Shown here: positions 19,160 through 29,251 of the stretch, in pieces | Layout: each line of letters opens with the position of its first letter | How positions within the stretch are numbered: the first letter of the stretch is position 1 | DNA from: Polyangiaceae bacterium | Lineage (GTDB): Bacteria; Myxococcota_A; Polyangia; Polyangiales; Polyangiaceae | NCBI GenBank assembly: GCA_044376115.1 | Contig: JBILLK010000030.1 | Location: 64,001-128,000 of the forward strand | DNA length: 64,000 bases | Direction: 5' to 3' | Program-made: the position numbers and the translations under genes | The notes under the pieces: generated by a model | Seen by the model: only the letters and a program-made list of their open reading frames with translations | The model's database searches: none | What the model was told of the DNA's origin: nothing

Positions 19160-20629
19160 TCAATCTCGAGTCGCTGCTGCCTCGCGGTCCTTCAACTTAG
19201 TGCTCTTGGGCGGCTTGGCCTCCACAGCTGGCTTCTCCGCGATGACTGTCTTCTCCGCCGCGACGGGCGCTTGGGTCTCCTCTTGCGCGGCGGTCGGTGG
19301 CGTCGGGGCGGGTAAAGCGGCGTCCGCGCGAGGGTCGCCTGCGGCGCGGGGACCTGCCCCCCGATTGCGGTGTGCGTTGACGGACGGCTCTGGCGCGGGT
19401 TCCAAGTCCTCGAGTTTGAGCGCCACAGGGGCGAGAGTCGCTGATGCGACGGTCGCGGATGGCGCGGCTTGCGTGTCGCTGCTGAGGACGTCATTCGCCG
19501 ATTCCTCGCGTTCCGTCGCTGGGCCCACCCGAGCCGAGGACAGCGCTTTCTGTCCGAAGAATCCGACTCCCAGCAGCATCGAGAGCGCGATCGCCGAGAG
19601 GCCAACCAGCTTGGCCCGACGAGTTTCGACTCGCGCTGGGGCAGCGGTCTCAGCAGCTGCAGCTGCGGCCGCGGCTACCACGGCTTGTTGCGAATAGCCT
19701 GGCGTAAGCGCCTGAGCGGTATCGGCGAAGACCATCGGGGCGTTGGAAACATGCCGTTCGAGATCGTCGAGCAGCTCGTTCATTGAGTGATAGCGATTCC
19801 CCGTGTCCTTCTCGAGCGCTCGCTTGACGACCCGGGTGAGCCGGGCGTCACCGAGTCTCTCGATCGGCTCGAGCTTCACGGGCTCGGTAAGGATGGCTGC
19901 GGTGAGCGAAGCCAACGTCTCACCACGAAACGGCAAGGTGCCTGTGACGAGCTCGAACAGCACGATGCCCAACGACCAAATATCGCTGGCCGCTGCGACC
20001 CCGCGGGTGCTCCGTAGCTGTTCCGGGGACATGTAGTACGGCGTGCCGAGCACGCTGCCGAGCGCGGTGGTAGCAAAGCCATCGCTATCACCAAAAGCGC
20101 GCGCTTTGGCGATACCGAAGTCGAGCACCTTGATGCTGCGTAACAGCGTCCCTGGCGTCTCGCACAAGAACAGATTGGCTGGCTTGATGTCGCGGTGCAC
20201 GATACCGGCGTCATGCGCCAGTTGCAGCGCACGCGCGGCCTGCGCGACATACTCAATGGCCGTCGCAATGGCTAGCGGCCCACCCCGCGAGAGCTCCACC
20301 GCCAGGTCGTGCCCACGCAGCTTCTCCATACACAAGAAGGGCTCACCGCTCTCGAGCGAACCAGCGTCGAGAACGCGCACCACGTGCGCGCTGTCGAGCG
20401 CTGCGGCGGCTCGCCCCTCGCGCAGAAAACGCGCGCGGCCCTCGGCGTCTAGACCGAGGCTGCCTTTGAGCACCTTCACCACCACGCGGTTGGCCAGCAC
20501 GAGATGCGTGCATTCGAGGACGACGCCCATGCCCCCCTCGCCGAGCTTTCGCTCTACGCGGAAGCGCCCAGCCAGCACGGTTCCAGGCGCATAGGGGTCG
20601 CTAGCGTTGCGGACGCGCTGATCGGACAT
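19160..20629 (-). CDS. Hanks-type Ser/Thr protein kinase with TM and Pro/Ala-rich tail
   Basis: LGEGGMG, HRDIKPAN, DFG, GTPYYMSPEQ, DIWSLG. Confidence 0.95.
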   Translation of the reverse strand: MSDQRVRNASDPYAPGTVLAGRFRVERKLGEGGMGVVLECTHLVLANRVVVKVLKGSLGLDAEGRARFLREGRAAAALDSAHVVRVLDAGSLESGEPFLCMEKLRGHDLAVELSRGGPLAIATAIEYVAQAARALQLAHDAGIVHRDIKPANLFLCETPGTLLRSIKVLDFGIAKARAFGDSDGFATTALGSVLGTPYYMSPEQLRSTRGVAAASDIWSLGIVLFELVTGTLPFRGETLASLTAAILTEPVKLEPIERLGDARLTRVVKRALEKDTGNRYHSMNELLDDLERHVSNAPMVFADTAQALTPGYSQQAVVAAAAAAAAETAAPARVETRRAKLVGLSAIALSMLLGVGFFGQKALSSARVGPATEREESANDVLSSDTQAAPSATVASATLAPVALKLEDLEPAPEPSVNAHRNRGAGPRAAGDPRADAALPAPTPPTAAQEETQAPVAAEKTVIAEKPAVEAKPPKSTKLKDREAAATRD

Positions 20630-20787
20630 TGCGTGAACTGGTCAGCATGAATCGGGCCAGTCGCTGACGTGGTTCTTCGGCTCTATTTCCCAGCCAGATG
20701 GATCCCGAGAGGCTCACCTGGGTAGCCTGTTTACCATCAGTCAATAGTGCGTTGACAGCCTGATAGGCGCCGAATTATGAACGTTGA

Positions 20788-21727
20788 ATGCGCATTGCCC
20801 CTTTGCACCAGGCGACCTGTCAAAGCTCTCAGCGCAGCCGATGCAGGGCCTTGCTCACGGCCTTCGCGTTGGCCGCCAGCGCCCTCGTAGCGCAGAGCGC
20901 CCGCGCAGACAGTGTTGGTCCCGACGTGGTCAACCTCAAGGATGGCGGCTTCATTCGCGGAACCGTAGTGAGCGTTGAACCCGGTAGCCACGTGATGGTC
21001 GTCGAGTACGGCAAAGAAAAGCCGCGTTCGGTCCCGTGGAGTTCCGTCGCGGACGTTCAACGGGGCAAGGCCGCAGGTAAGTCAGAGGAAGCCTCTGCCT
21101 CGGAGAAGGAGGCGGTCCCGCTGCCCGACCTCGAGGAGCCTACTGCGTTGACTCGCAAAGTGTATATCGAGACCGAGGCGGCAGCCGAACTCTACCAAGT
21201 GGTCGGGGGGGGGCAGTATCGCTGTGCCCAATGGCGTAGCTTTCTTCAGCCAAGCAAAGTCGGTCTGCGTAGCTCCCTGTGGCGAGTCCATCGCCCTCGG
21301 GGGTAGTAGCTACTTTTACCTCGCAGGCGAGGGCTTCCCAAGTTCGCGGCACTTCCGGCTGGACCCAGGCAAAGAGCCCATCACAGTCGAGCTGACCGCC
21401 GGCTCAAACAGCGGCTTTGTCGGCGGCATAACGCTGATCTCGTTGGGTGGGGCCTCCATCCTCGGCGGGGGCTCGTTACTGCTAGTGGCTGGGATAGGTG
21501 ATCTCGGCACCGGGATGCTAGTCGGCAGCGGTGTTGGGTTGTCTGTGGGCGTCGCAGCGCTTGCGATCGGTATTCCCCTGCTGGTGGGTAACAGGACGAA
21601 GGTTGAACTGCGCGAAGGGGCTCCCGGCGCACAAGACGACGACGAGCAACAGGCTATCTCGGTTTCCTTCGAGCGCGACCAGCGCCCAAGCGAGCGAGCG
21701 CCGCGCTATTGGCTAGGCGAGTTTTAA
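20788..21727 (+). CDS. secreted hypothetical protein, frameshifted in a G9 tract at 21205-21213
   Basis: removing one G joins ORFs 20788..21306 and 21224..21727 (VGGGSIAVPNG...CVAPC); N-terminal DVVNLKDGGFIRG; C-terminal Gly-rich hydrophobic pair. Confidence 0.7.
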
Positions 21728-22656
21728 AGTCGCAGTCTGAACCCCGCGCTAAACCCTTGGTGGTCGAAGGAAACTTGCGGCGTCAATTCAACCTCCTCAT
21801 GCGGTAACAGCAAGCCCACCAAGGTGCCAGCGGCACCGAGCGGCAACCCGATCACCGAAACCCACGAGAGTACGAGCGCTGCGTCTTGCGCTCTCGCAGC
21901 CTCATCCCGCTGCTCCGTAGTAAAGCAGATGCCCGTTTCGTAGTTGCAGCCGGCGACGCTCTCATTGAGCACGAGTGACGCTATTCCGGAGGCTGCTGCG
22001 CCCGCTCCAAGCACCATGGAACTACCAATCAAGCCCCAGGCTGCGGTGCTGAGCCTGGTTTCTTTCTCTGGGGGTGCTGGAGCCAGCAGCTGCTCCTGGC
22101 TCTCTCCCGAGGGGGCGATCGTGAAGGCGCGGCGAATCGCCTTTTGGTGACGTGCGGTGGCAATCAGCTCGTGTTCGCCGCCATCGATGGGGCGGGCTAC
22201 GTCCCATTGACTCTCTGGTAACTCGCGGCCGTCGAGCGTGATGCGAACGGCGGCGCGCTTGAGCTCATCACTCGGGCGCACCGTAACGCGGCTCACTTTC
22301 GCTTGGAGCAGCCCTATCTGCTCCTCCGCCAATTCAATGCGATCCTTTCGGCCCTGCTGACGCGCGCGCGCGAGCACGACCTCATAGTGCTGTAACGCTG
22401 TGGCGCTGCGGCCTCTGGCGTCCTCGCAGATAGCGAGGTTCAGCAGCGTGCCGTCGGCTTTCTCGAGCGCGTAGCTCTTCTTCAGCAGCTCGCACGCTCG
22501 AGCATTGTCGCCTTGGTCCATGAGCTCGCGGGCTTCGCGAAACAGCTGATCGGCGGCCTGCTCGGAGCCGGCATCTGCGTACGAGTCACGCGGTGCGAAA
22601 GCAAAACCCGCTGCGAGCAGGTACGCAAAGCTCAGGAGGCGCATCCGCGAGGCCAT
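21724..22656 (-). CDS. TPR plus PEGA-like secreted protein
   Basis: ADQLFREARELM...ACELLKKSY...TLLNLAICE; ITLDG...IDGGEH; C-terminal hydrophobic pair. Confidence 0.8.
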   Translation of the reverse strand: MASRMRLLSFAYLLAAGFAFAPRDSYADAGSEQAADQLFREARELMDQGDNARACELLKKSYALEKADGTLLNLAICEDARGRSATALQHYEVVLARARQQGRKDRIELAEEQIGLLQAKVSRVTVRPSDELKRAAVRITLDGRELPESQWDVARPIDGGEHELIATARHQKAIRRAFTIAPSGESQEQLLAPAPPEKETRLSTAAWGLIGSSMVLGAGAAASGIASLVLNESVAGCNYETGICFTTEQRDEAARAQDAALVLSWVSVIGLPLGAAGTLVGLLLPHEEVELTPQVSFDHQGFSAGFRLRL

Positions 22657-22744
22657 CACGCTGCATCGCCCCCGATCGCGCGGCCGAGCGCGAGCCCTTC
22701 GACGGTGCTGCTCCCGCCGCGCGCATAGGGTAAGGGAAGGACCG

Positions 22745-23971
22745 ATGGATGCGCGCAAAACCGGCTTGATTCGAGAAGGTTGTAGCGGCTTGCGATTTCC
22801 GCTCGTGTCTCTGCTTTGGGCGCTGGTGCCGCTGTCGCTGGCTTGTGGTGAGCCAGCAACTGGAAGTGGCGGTTCGCCGGCGGCTGGCGGTTCTGGCGGC
22901 GTCTCCGGCGAGCCAGCCGGCGGCTTCGCTGGCTCCAGTTCGAGTGGCCTATCGCCTGAGGAGCAATTGCGTGAACGGCTGGCGCCGCTCGCGGAAGAGC
23001 TGGTTCAGGCGCCCTTCGGGACGGCCGCTTCGATCACGGCCATCCGTGGGCCGCTCAGCGTCACGGTGACGAGCGGTACGTTGTGGGACGGCGGTCCCCA
23101 GGCTGATGAGCAAACGTCCTTCAACGTAGCCAGCGTCAGCAAGCTGCTCACGGCGGCGCGCATCGTGAGCTTGGCCAGCGCTAGCAGCTTGGGTCTCGAG
23201 GATCCGCTGTCGCAACATTTGCCAGGCGTTCGGCTGCTGGACGGCGCCGGTCTCGATCAGAGCGGCACCGTGAAACTCCAGGACCTGTTGCAACACCGCA
23301 GCGGCTTGCCGCACCAGCCGGCGGACCTCGTCGAGCAAGCCGGCAATGACTTCTCGAACCCGGCGCTGCTCTCGTCAATGACCGAGGCTTGGGATCTGCA
23401 GCTTGCAGGTCCGCCCGGACAATATCGCTATTCCAATCTTGGTTACGCGCTCCTGGGCGCTATCGTCGAGCAAAACGGCGCCTGCTCTTTTGCAGATTGT
23501 ATGGTTCCGTACTTGAGCGAACTCGAGCTACCGCGCTCGACTTTCTGGCCCGGCGCCCTCGACGAGAACGCTGCGCACGGTCGCGTCGAGGTGGATGGCG
23601 ATGCGGTCTTCAACCAACCCGGCTGGTATTCGAGCCGCTACTTCTTGCCGTTTGGCGGCTTGTGGACCTCGACGGCGGAGCTAGCGAAGTTTGGTGTTGC
23701 TCTCGCTGCGGCAGAGCAAGACCTAGCGGCTCCGCTGCACGCCATGACCGAAGGGCAGGGGCACGGGTTCGGCCCCATTCACGGTGAACGTTTGGGCGCA
23801 CCTACGCTCGAGCACGATGGCAGTGCGCCCGGCTTCTATGCTGCGCTAGTTGTGATTCCCGAGCGGGACATCGTGGTGGCGATCGCAACCAATGGCGGTA
23901 ACGAGGCCGCCGCCGAGATTGAGGCGTTCTCGGCGATCGTCGACGACGTAGTGACGGCCGTACCCGAGTGA
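22745..23971 (+). CDS. serine hydrolase, beta-lactamase class C/PBP-like lipoprotein
   Basis: FNVASVSK (SxxK), LLQHRSGL, YRYSN (YxN), HDG; lipobox SLAC. Confidence 0.88.
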   Translation: MDARKTGLIREGCSGLRFPLVSLLWALVPLSLACGEPATGSGGSPAAGGSGGVSGEPAGGFAGSSSSGLSPEEQLRERLAPLAEELVQAPFGTAASITAIRGPLSVTVTSGTLWDGGPQADEQTSFNVASVSKLLTAARIVSLASASSLGLEDPLSQHLPGVRLLDGAGLDQSGTVKLQDLLQHRSGLPHQPADLVEQAGNDFSNPALLSSMTEAWDLQLAGPPGQYRYSNLGYALLGAIVEQNGACSFADCMVPYLSELELPRSTFWPGALDENAAHGRVEVDGDAVFNQPGWYSSRYFLPFGGLWTSTAELAKFGVALAAAEQDLAAPLHAMTEGQGHGFGPIHGERLGAPTLEHDGSAPGFYAALVVIPERDIVVAIATNGGNEAAAEIEAFSAIVDDVVTAVPE

Positions 23972-24056
23972 GGTGCGGTTGACCTTTGGTCGACAATAAA
24001 GTTGCAGTATCCGCGGTACTTTCCCGCTTCGGCTAGCGCCCGGTTAACATCTTCGG

Positions 24057-25751
24057 ATGCGCCGAACTCTGCTCTGGCTCATGGGGTTACCGTCTCTTGC
24101 CGCAATGCTTACGAGCTGCGTGGGCCAGCTTGGCTCCGCGGGGAGCGATAGCGAAGAGACGGAGGTATCGAAGGAGAGCTTATGCGTGGTGGATACCCCG
24201 ATAAGGCGGCTCACGCGCTTCGAATACAACAATACCGTGCGTGACCTGCTGGGGGATACCACGTCCCCTGCCAACGTCTTACCGCCGGAAGAAGAAGTGC
24301 ACGGCTTTGACAATCAGGCCGCCGCGCTGACGGTGAGTGAGCTCTTGGCGGAGCAATATCTGAAGGTCGCCGAGGGCGTGAGCGAGCGAGCGACGGCGGA
24401 CCTGAGCGTGCTGCTGCCTAGCTGTGACCCAGTTGCAATGGGGGATGACGCCTGCAGCGCCGAGTTCATCGAGAGCTTCGTCACGCGGGCCTTCCGTCGA
24501 CCGATCACGACCGAGGAACGCGCGCGCTTACAGAGCCTTTTCGATCTTGCGTTGGCCGATCCGGATATGGGCACCTTCCGTGACGGAGCCGCGCTGGTGA
24601 TTCAGGCGGTGCTGCAATCCCCGCACTTTCTGTATCGGCCAGAGTTCGGTGGAGCGACTCCGGTCAACGCTGACGTGGTTCCGCTCGATAGCTGGGAGAT
24701 CGCGACGAAGCTCTCTTACATGTTGTGGAACACCATGCCGGATGACGAGCTATTTGCGGCGGCCGAGGCAGGGGAGCTCGCAACCAAGGAGCAGATCGCG
24801 GCGCAGGCGCAGCGCATGCTGCTCGATGAAAAGGCTGGGGACGCCGTGCGCAACTTCCACCGTCAGTGGCTGCGGCTCGTGCACCTCGACACCGTCAGCA
24901 AAGACACCATCGTCTACCCGACCTACAACGACGGCGTGCGCGACCTGTGGAAGGAAGAGATCGAGCGCTTCATCGAGCACGTGGTGCTGACCGATGATGG
25001 CTCGCTCGGTACGCTGCTGACCGCGCCTTACTCCTTCGCAAACGCCGAGCTGGCCGGGTTTTACGGCGCTAGCGTGGTTGGAGAGGCGCCCCAAACCGAG
25101 GTGTTCGAGCAGGTCGCGATGGACCCTGCTCGCCACGCCGGGCTCTTGACCCAGGGCGCGCTGATGGGCGTGCACGCCGAGGGCAATCAGTCCTCCCCGG
25201 TGTTCCGGGGCAAGTTCGTTCGCGAGCAGCTGTTGTGTCAGACGTTGCCGCTACCGCCGGCGGATCTCGTGATTACGCCGCCCGAACTCGATCCGACCAA
25301 GACCACCCGCGAGCAATACGAGGAGATCGGCGCGAACCCGGATTGCGCCGGCTGTCACAGCTTGATGAATCCGCTCGGTTTTGGCTTCGAAAACTTCGAC
25401 GGTGTTGGGCTTTGGCGTGACACCCAGAACGGTAAGCCGATCGATCCGAGCGGTGAGATCAACAACACCGAATCGCTTAACGGTACCTTCATGGGGCCAG
25501 TGGAATTGGCGAACAAGCTCGCCTCGAGTGAAGAGGTCGCTACCTGCGTGAGCTCGCAGTGGTTCCGCTTCTCGTACAATCGCACCGTCACCTCGGCCGA
25601 CAGTGAAGAGGGTTGCGGGCTCGACGTGGCCAACCAGGCGTTTGCAGACTCCGGATTCAACCTCCGCGAGCTGATCGTCGCGCTCACGCAGACAGACACG
25701 TTTAGACATCGGCATGCGGTGGTGGCAGCGAGTGAAGGAGGTGGCCAATGA
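24057..25751 (+). CDS. DUF1592/DUF1588/DUF1595/DUF1587/DUF1585 multi-domain lipoprotein
   Basis: RRLTRFEYNNTVRDLLG, RAFRRP, LQSPHFLYR, SSPVFRG, CAGCH..MNPLGFGFENFD. Confidence 0.9.
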   Translation: MRRTLLWLMGLPSLAAMLTSCVGQLGSAGSDSEETEVSKESLCVVDTPIRRLTRFEYNNTVRDLLGDTTSPANVLPPEEEVHGFDNQAAALTVSELLAEQYLKVAEGVSERATADLSVLLPSCDPVAMGDDACSAEFIESFVTRAFRRPITTEERARLQSLFDLALADPDMGTFRDGAALVIQAVLQSPHFLYRPEFGGATPVNADVVPLDSWEIATKLSYMLWNTMPDDELFAAAEAGELATKEQIAAQAQRMLLDEKAGDAVRNFHRQWLRLVHLDTVSKDTIVYPTYNDGVRDLWKEEIERFIEHVVLTDDGSLGTLLTAPYSFANAELAGFYGASVVGEAPQTEVFEQVAMDPARHAGLLTQGALMGVHAEGNQSSPVFRGKFVREQLLCQTLPLPPADLVITPPELDPTKTTREQYEEIGANPDCAGCHSLMNPLGFGFENFDGVGLWRDTQNGKPIDPSGEINNTESLNGTFMGPVELANKLASSEEVATCVSSQWFRFSYNRTVTSADSEEGCGLDVANQAFADSGFNLRELIVALTQTDTFRHRHAVVAASEGGGQ

Positions 25752-27118
25752 TTCGTAGGGTTCCTCGTCGAGCGCTGCTGCGCGGCGCGATTGCAGGTGG
25801 TGCCGTGGCGATTGGCCTGCCGTGGCTCGAGATCATGGAGCCGGCGAAGCGCGTCTCCGCCGCTACGGCGCCCAAGCGGGTGGTCTTCTGGTTTACCGCC
25901 AACGGCTCCTTGCCTTCCATTTGGACGCCCCCGGCCGACCTCTCGATCGCCGACCACCCGATTCACGCGCCGCTCGCACCGCTAAAAGACAAGCTCTTGT
26001 TCTTGGCCGGGGTCGATCAGAAGGTTGCCTATCAATCGATCGGCGACGGACATCAGACGGGTATGGCTTGCTTACTTACCAATGCCGAGATTTTACCGGG
26101 TAGTCTGTTTTGCGAGGGCGAGTGCGCCGAGGGCATGCAGCAATATGTGGGTTGGGGCGGCGGCATCTCGATCGACCAACACATCGCCAACAAGATCGCC
26201 GAGACCACCACTACCAAGTACCGCTCGCTCGAGCTCGGCGTGCAGGTGAAGAGCGCCAGCGTTTGGTCGCGCATGTCGTACGCCGGTCCGGATTTGCCGT
26301 TGCCTCCGCGCGAGGACCCGACCCAGAACTTCAACGACTTCTTCAGCGATCTCGGCTCTGACCCGTTCGCTCTGGAGGTGCTCAAGCGCAAGCGCAAGAG
26401 CGTGTTGGACGCGGTGGGCGATGACTACACCGCGTTCAACAAGCGGCTCGGCAAGGAGGACCAAATCCGGCTCGAACAGCACCTCGAGGCGATTCGCAAG
26501 GTGGAGAAGAGCCTGGATTCGACCGGCCAGGTTGGTGAGGCCTGCGAGCTACCGACCGTGGATTTGCCGGGTGGGGAGTTCCAGCAGAATGACCTCTACC
26601 CAGTGACCGGCAAAGCACAGATGGACCTGTTGCGGATGGCGCTTGCCTGCGACATGACCCGGGTCGCCTCGCTGCAGTGGTCTACCTCGGTATCCAACAC
26701 GCGCTTCACCTGGTTGCCGCTGATCTTGGGCGAAGGCCACCATGACCTCTCGCACTACGGTGATGATGCGGGCTCGGCGCAAGCCGATATCGCCAGCATC
26801 AACCGTTGGTACACCGAGCAGTTCTTCTACCTGATCGATGCCATGCGCAACACGCCAGAGGGCGACTCCACTCTGCTTGATAACTCGGTGGTTGTGTGGG
26901 TGAATGAGCTTGGCCAGGGCAACAGCCACACGCGCAGCGGCATCCCGTTCATCTTGGCTGGTGGCTGCCAAGGCAGCTTCAACACCGGTCGCGTGGTGGA
27001 CGCAGGCGGTGCTCCTCACGGGCAGCTGCTGGTCTCGTTGGCGCAAGCGATGGACGCACCGGTGGACACCTTTGGCGTACCGGAACACAGCCAAGGTCCG
27101 CTGCCGAACCTCACCTGA
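25748..27118 (+). CDS. DUF1552 family protein with Tat-like signal
   Basis: RRALLRG...LPWLE, ISIDQ, ALACDMTRV, HHDLSH, TLLDNS; ATGA overlap with the partner gene. Confidence 0.9.
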   Translation: MIRRVPRRALLRGAIAGGAVAIGLPWLEIMEPAKRVSAATAPKRVVFWFTANGSLPSIWTPPADLSIADHPIHAPLAPLKDKLLFLAGVDQKVAYQSIGDGHQTGMACLLTNAEILPGSLFCEGECAEGMQQYVGWGGGISIDQHIANKIAETTTTKYRSLELGVQVKSASVWSRMSYAGPDLPLPPREDPTQNFNDFFSDLGSDPFALEVLKRKRKSVLDAVGDDYTAFNKRLGKEDQIRLEQHLEAIRKVEKSLDSTGQVGEACELPTVDLPGGEFQQNDLYPVTGKAQMDLLRMALACDMTRVASLQWSTSVSNTRFTWLPLILGEGHHDLSHYGDDAGSAQADIASINRWYTEQFFYLIDAMRNTPEGDSTLLDNSVVVWVNELGQGNSHTRSGIPFILAGGCQGSFNTGRVVDAGGAPHGQLLVSLAQAMDAPVDTFGVPEHSQGPLPNLT

Positions 27119-27214
27119 GAACACGCGGCTGCTCCCACAGCCGCTGCTTCGGCCGAGCCCTGCACCCAAGCACGAGATGTTGCAACCGCAACCAAGCTCC
27201 ATTGTGGTGTCCCC

Positions 27215-28216
27215 ATGAAGAGGGTGAGTCGCGCGATTGCCTGGGGGGCCGCGCTGGGTTGGTTTGCTGCGCCGGGGGCCTGCAGTCAGGGGACCGGGGG
27301 CGCGAGTGAGCCCCCGACGGAGGCGACTCCGGAGAAGGTTGCTCGGCCCAGCGCGGAGCCTGCTCGCGACCTCAGCGCTCTGCCGAGCGCGCGTGCAACG
27401 CTGAGCGAGTCGGCGAGCGCAACCGCGGCGGACTCTGCCAATTCGGTTAGCGAACCACCGCCCTTTCCTTCGATGGTGTCGCGTCGCGATGCCAAGGGGT
27501 CCACGGTGCGGAAGATTGCCTGCGGCACGACGTTTTGCGCGGCGGGCGTTGAGGCGTGCACGGTCGTTTCGGGCAGCTGGCGTTGCGTGCCTTCGACTGC
27601 GGAGCTGCCGGAAGGCGGCTTTCAATGCGATGATGGGACCGACTGCGAGGCTGGAAAGACCTGCTGTGCGAGCTTCGCGTCGGCTTCCTACTGGACGGCC
27701 TGCAGCAAGCGACGAGGCGCAGGCAGCGATTGCAGCGCGGAGCTTTGCGAGATGGACGGGGCACCCTGTCCCACTGGGACGGCGTGCGTCGAGGGCTCTT
27801 GTCGCGTGGAAACGCGGCCTACTTGCGTCGATAAGAAGCGCTGCGCGAAAGACTCGTACTGCCTCTGGGGCGATGAGCGTAAGTGCCTGACGGAGGCGGA
27901 AACGCGGGCGCGGCCCAGTGCCGACATGGTTTCGGAGGAGGGTATCCTCGGTTGTACGCGTGCTTCGGACTGCAATGGCCAGCGCTGCTGCACCTCCAGT
28001 CTGGGCCCGAGCAACACGTTTTGCTCGAACGAGTGTGACTCCGCCAACAACCAAGTGATCTGCGACACCGTGGCGGACTGCGTGCACCTCAAGCCGCTCT
28101 ATTGCATGGGCGACGAGACTTGCAAAATGGCATGCCGTCGCGACCCGGCAAACGAGCAGCTGCTCCTGGTCACTCCGCCATGGACCAACGTGTGCGGCCG
28201 GGCAGAAAGCCCGTAG
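27215..28216 (+). CDS. Cys-rich lipoprotein
   Basis: signal with PGAC; CDDGTDC....CC and CTRASDC...CC modules. Confidence 0.72.
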   Translation: MKRVSRAIAWGAALGWFAAPGACSQGTGGASEPPTEATPEKVARPSAEPARDLSALPSARATLSESASATAADSANSVSEPPPFPSMVSRRDAKGSTVRKIACGTTFCAAGVEACTVVSGSWRCVPSTAELPEGGFQCDDGTDCEAGKTCCASFASASYWTACSKRRGAGSDCSAELCEMDGAPCPTGTACVEGSCRVETRPTCVDKKRCAKDSYCLWGDERKCLTEAETRARPSADMVSEEGILGCTRASDCNGQRCCTSSLGPSNTFCSNECDSANNQVICDTVADCVHLKPLYCMGDETCKMACRRDPANEQLLLVTPPWTNVCGRAESP

Positions 28217-28226
28217 CAGTGCGTCG

Positions 28227-28811
28227 CTAGTTTTGCTCGTACCGCACGCGGATCACGGTGGTCGCCGTGATGGCGTTGCCGGCGTCATCGGTGCCGGGCA
28301 AAAATTGCGCGGCTTTCACGCAGCGGATCGCTTCCTGCGCGAAGCCGCCGGAGTCGCTGGCGACCTTCACGTCGCTGAGTGATCCGCTCGCACCCACCGT
28401 TACGCGAAGGGTGACGTGACCCTCGCTGACACCGTCTTTGCGATTCTCCGGAAAGGCGCAGGCGAGCTTGTTGCGAGGGCGCGGGCGCTTTCCCATCGTC
28501 GGGGGCGCGGACCAGGGCGCAGTCCCCGTGCCCGAGACGGCGCCACCCGCGACGCCCATTACGACGCCACCGGACACGCCGCTTTCCACGAAGTCCCCTT
28601 CTGGCGCAACCTCCGGCCTGTCGATCGGGCGCACTTCGCGTGGAGGTTGCGTCGTGGCTGCGACCACCGGCTTCGGCTCGGGCGGAGTGATTTCGATTGG
28701 ACGATCGAGCACGACCTCGATCGGCTCTTGCGCGCTCGGCGCGCTGGTTGCGCCACAACCGAGCGAGAGCGCGAGTCCAATACCGAGAGCCGGCAAGCTG
28801 CGCATTCGCAT
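28227..28811 (-). CDS. TonB C-terminal domain lipoprotein
   Basis: lipobox SLGC; FPE...GVSEGHVTLRVTVGASG...FAQEAIRCV...F.PG. Confidence 0.8.
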   Translation of the reverse strand: MRMRSLPALGIGLALSLGCGATSAPSAQEPIEVVLDRPIEITPPEPKPVVAATTQPPREVRPIDRPEVAPEGDFVESGVSGGVVMGVAGGAVSGTGTAPWSAPPTMGKRPRPRNKLACAFPENRKDGVSEGHVTLRVTVGASGSLSDVKVASDSGGFAQEAIRCVKAAQFLPGTDDAGNAITATTVIRVRYEQN

Positions 28812-28977
28812 GCCGAAGGCTTACCACGTCGGGGCGCGCGCCGCTGTGCGGGCAACGCCAAGCTCTTCCGCGAACTGAGCGCGCCGGTTCTCCGTTCACA
28901 CCGTTTTCACACGCGCTTCAGCAACGATTGTTGCGTCGTCATCGGGCGATTGATCGCCAGGCCTGACGCTGTGCGGC

Positions 28978-29219
28978 ATGTCGAATCCCTCTGTCGCACG
29001 GCGTCTCGCGTTTGCAGCGCCCCTCGCCGCTAGCTCGCTTACGTTTGTCGCGCTTGCGCTCAACGCTTGGTCACGCCGATCGCGTTGCTACAGGCCGCGA
29101 TGGGGCTGACGCTGGGCTGGCTCGCGACCTCGCACGATCGCGTGCTGCGCTGGGCAGCACGCGTGCTCGGTGCCGCGTTGATGGCGCTGCAGATCTATCT
29201 GCTCGTTTGCTTTGCGTAG
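28978..29219 (+). CDS. small ~80-aa three-TM protein, apparent 1-bp deletion at ~29069 (not in the ORF track)
   Basis: MSNPSVARRLAFAAPLAASSLTFVALALNAW continues in the -1 frame as VTPIALLQAAMGLTLGWL...VLGAALMALQIYLLVCFA*; adding one G to TGG|TC joins them. Confidence 0.45.
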
Positions 29220-29251
29220 GCCTTGAACGAGCCTGCCCCAATCCGCTCAGC

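Noticed and set aside
20740..20781. TTGACA with a short GTCAA/TTGAC dyad upstream of 20788
   Set aside because: The -10 match is poor and the dyad is only 5 bp; it could be a promoter but is not supportable.
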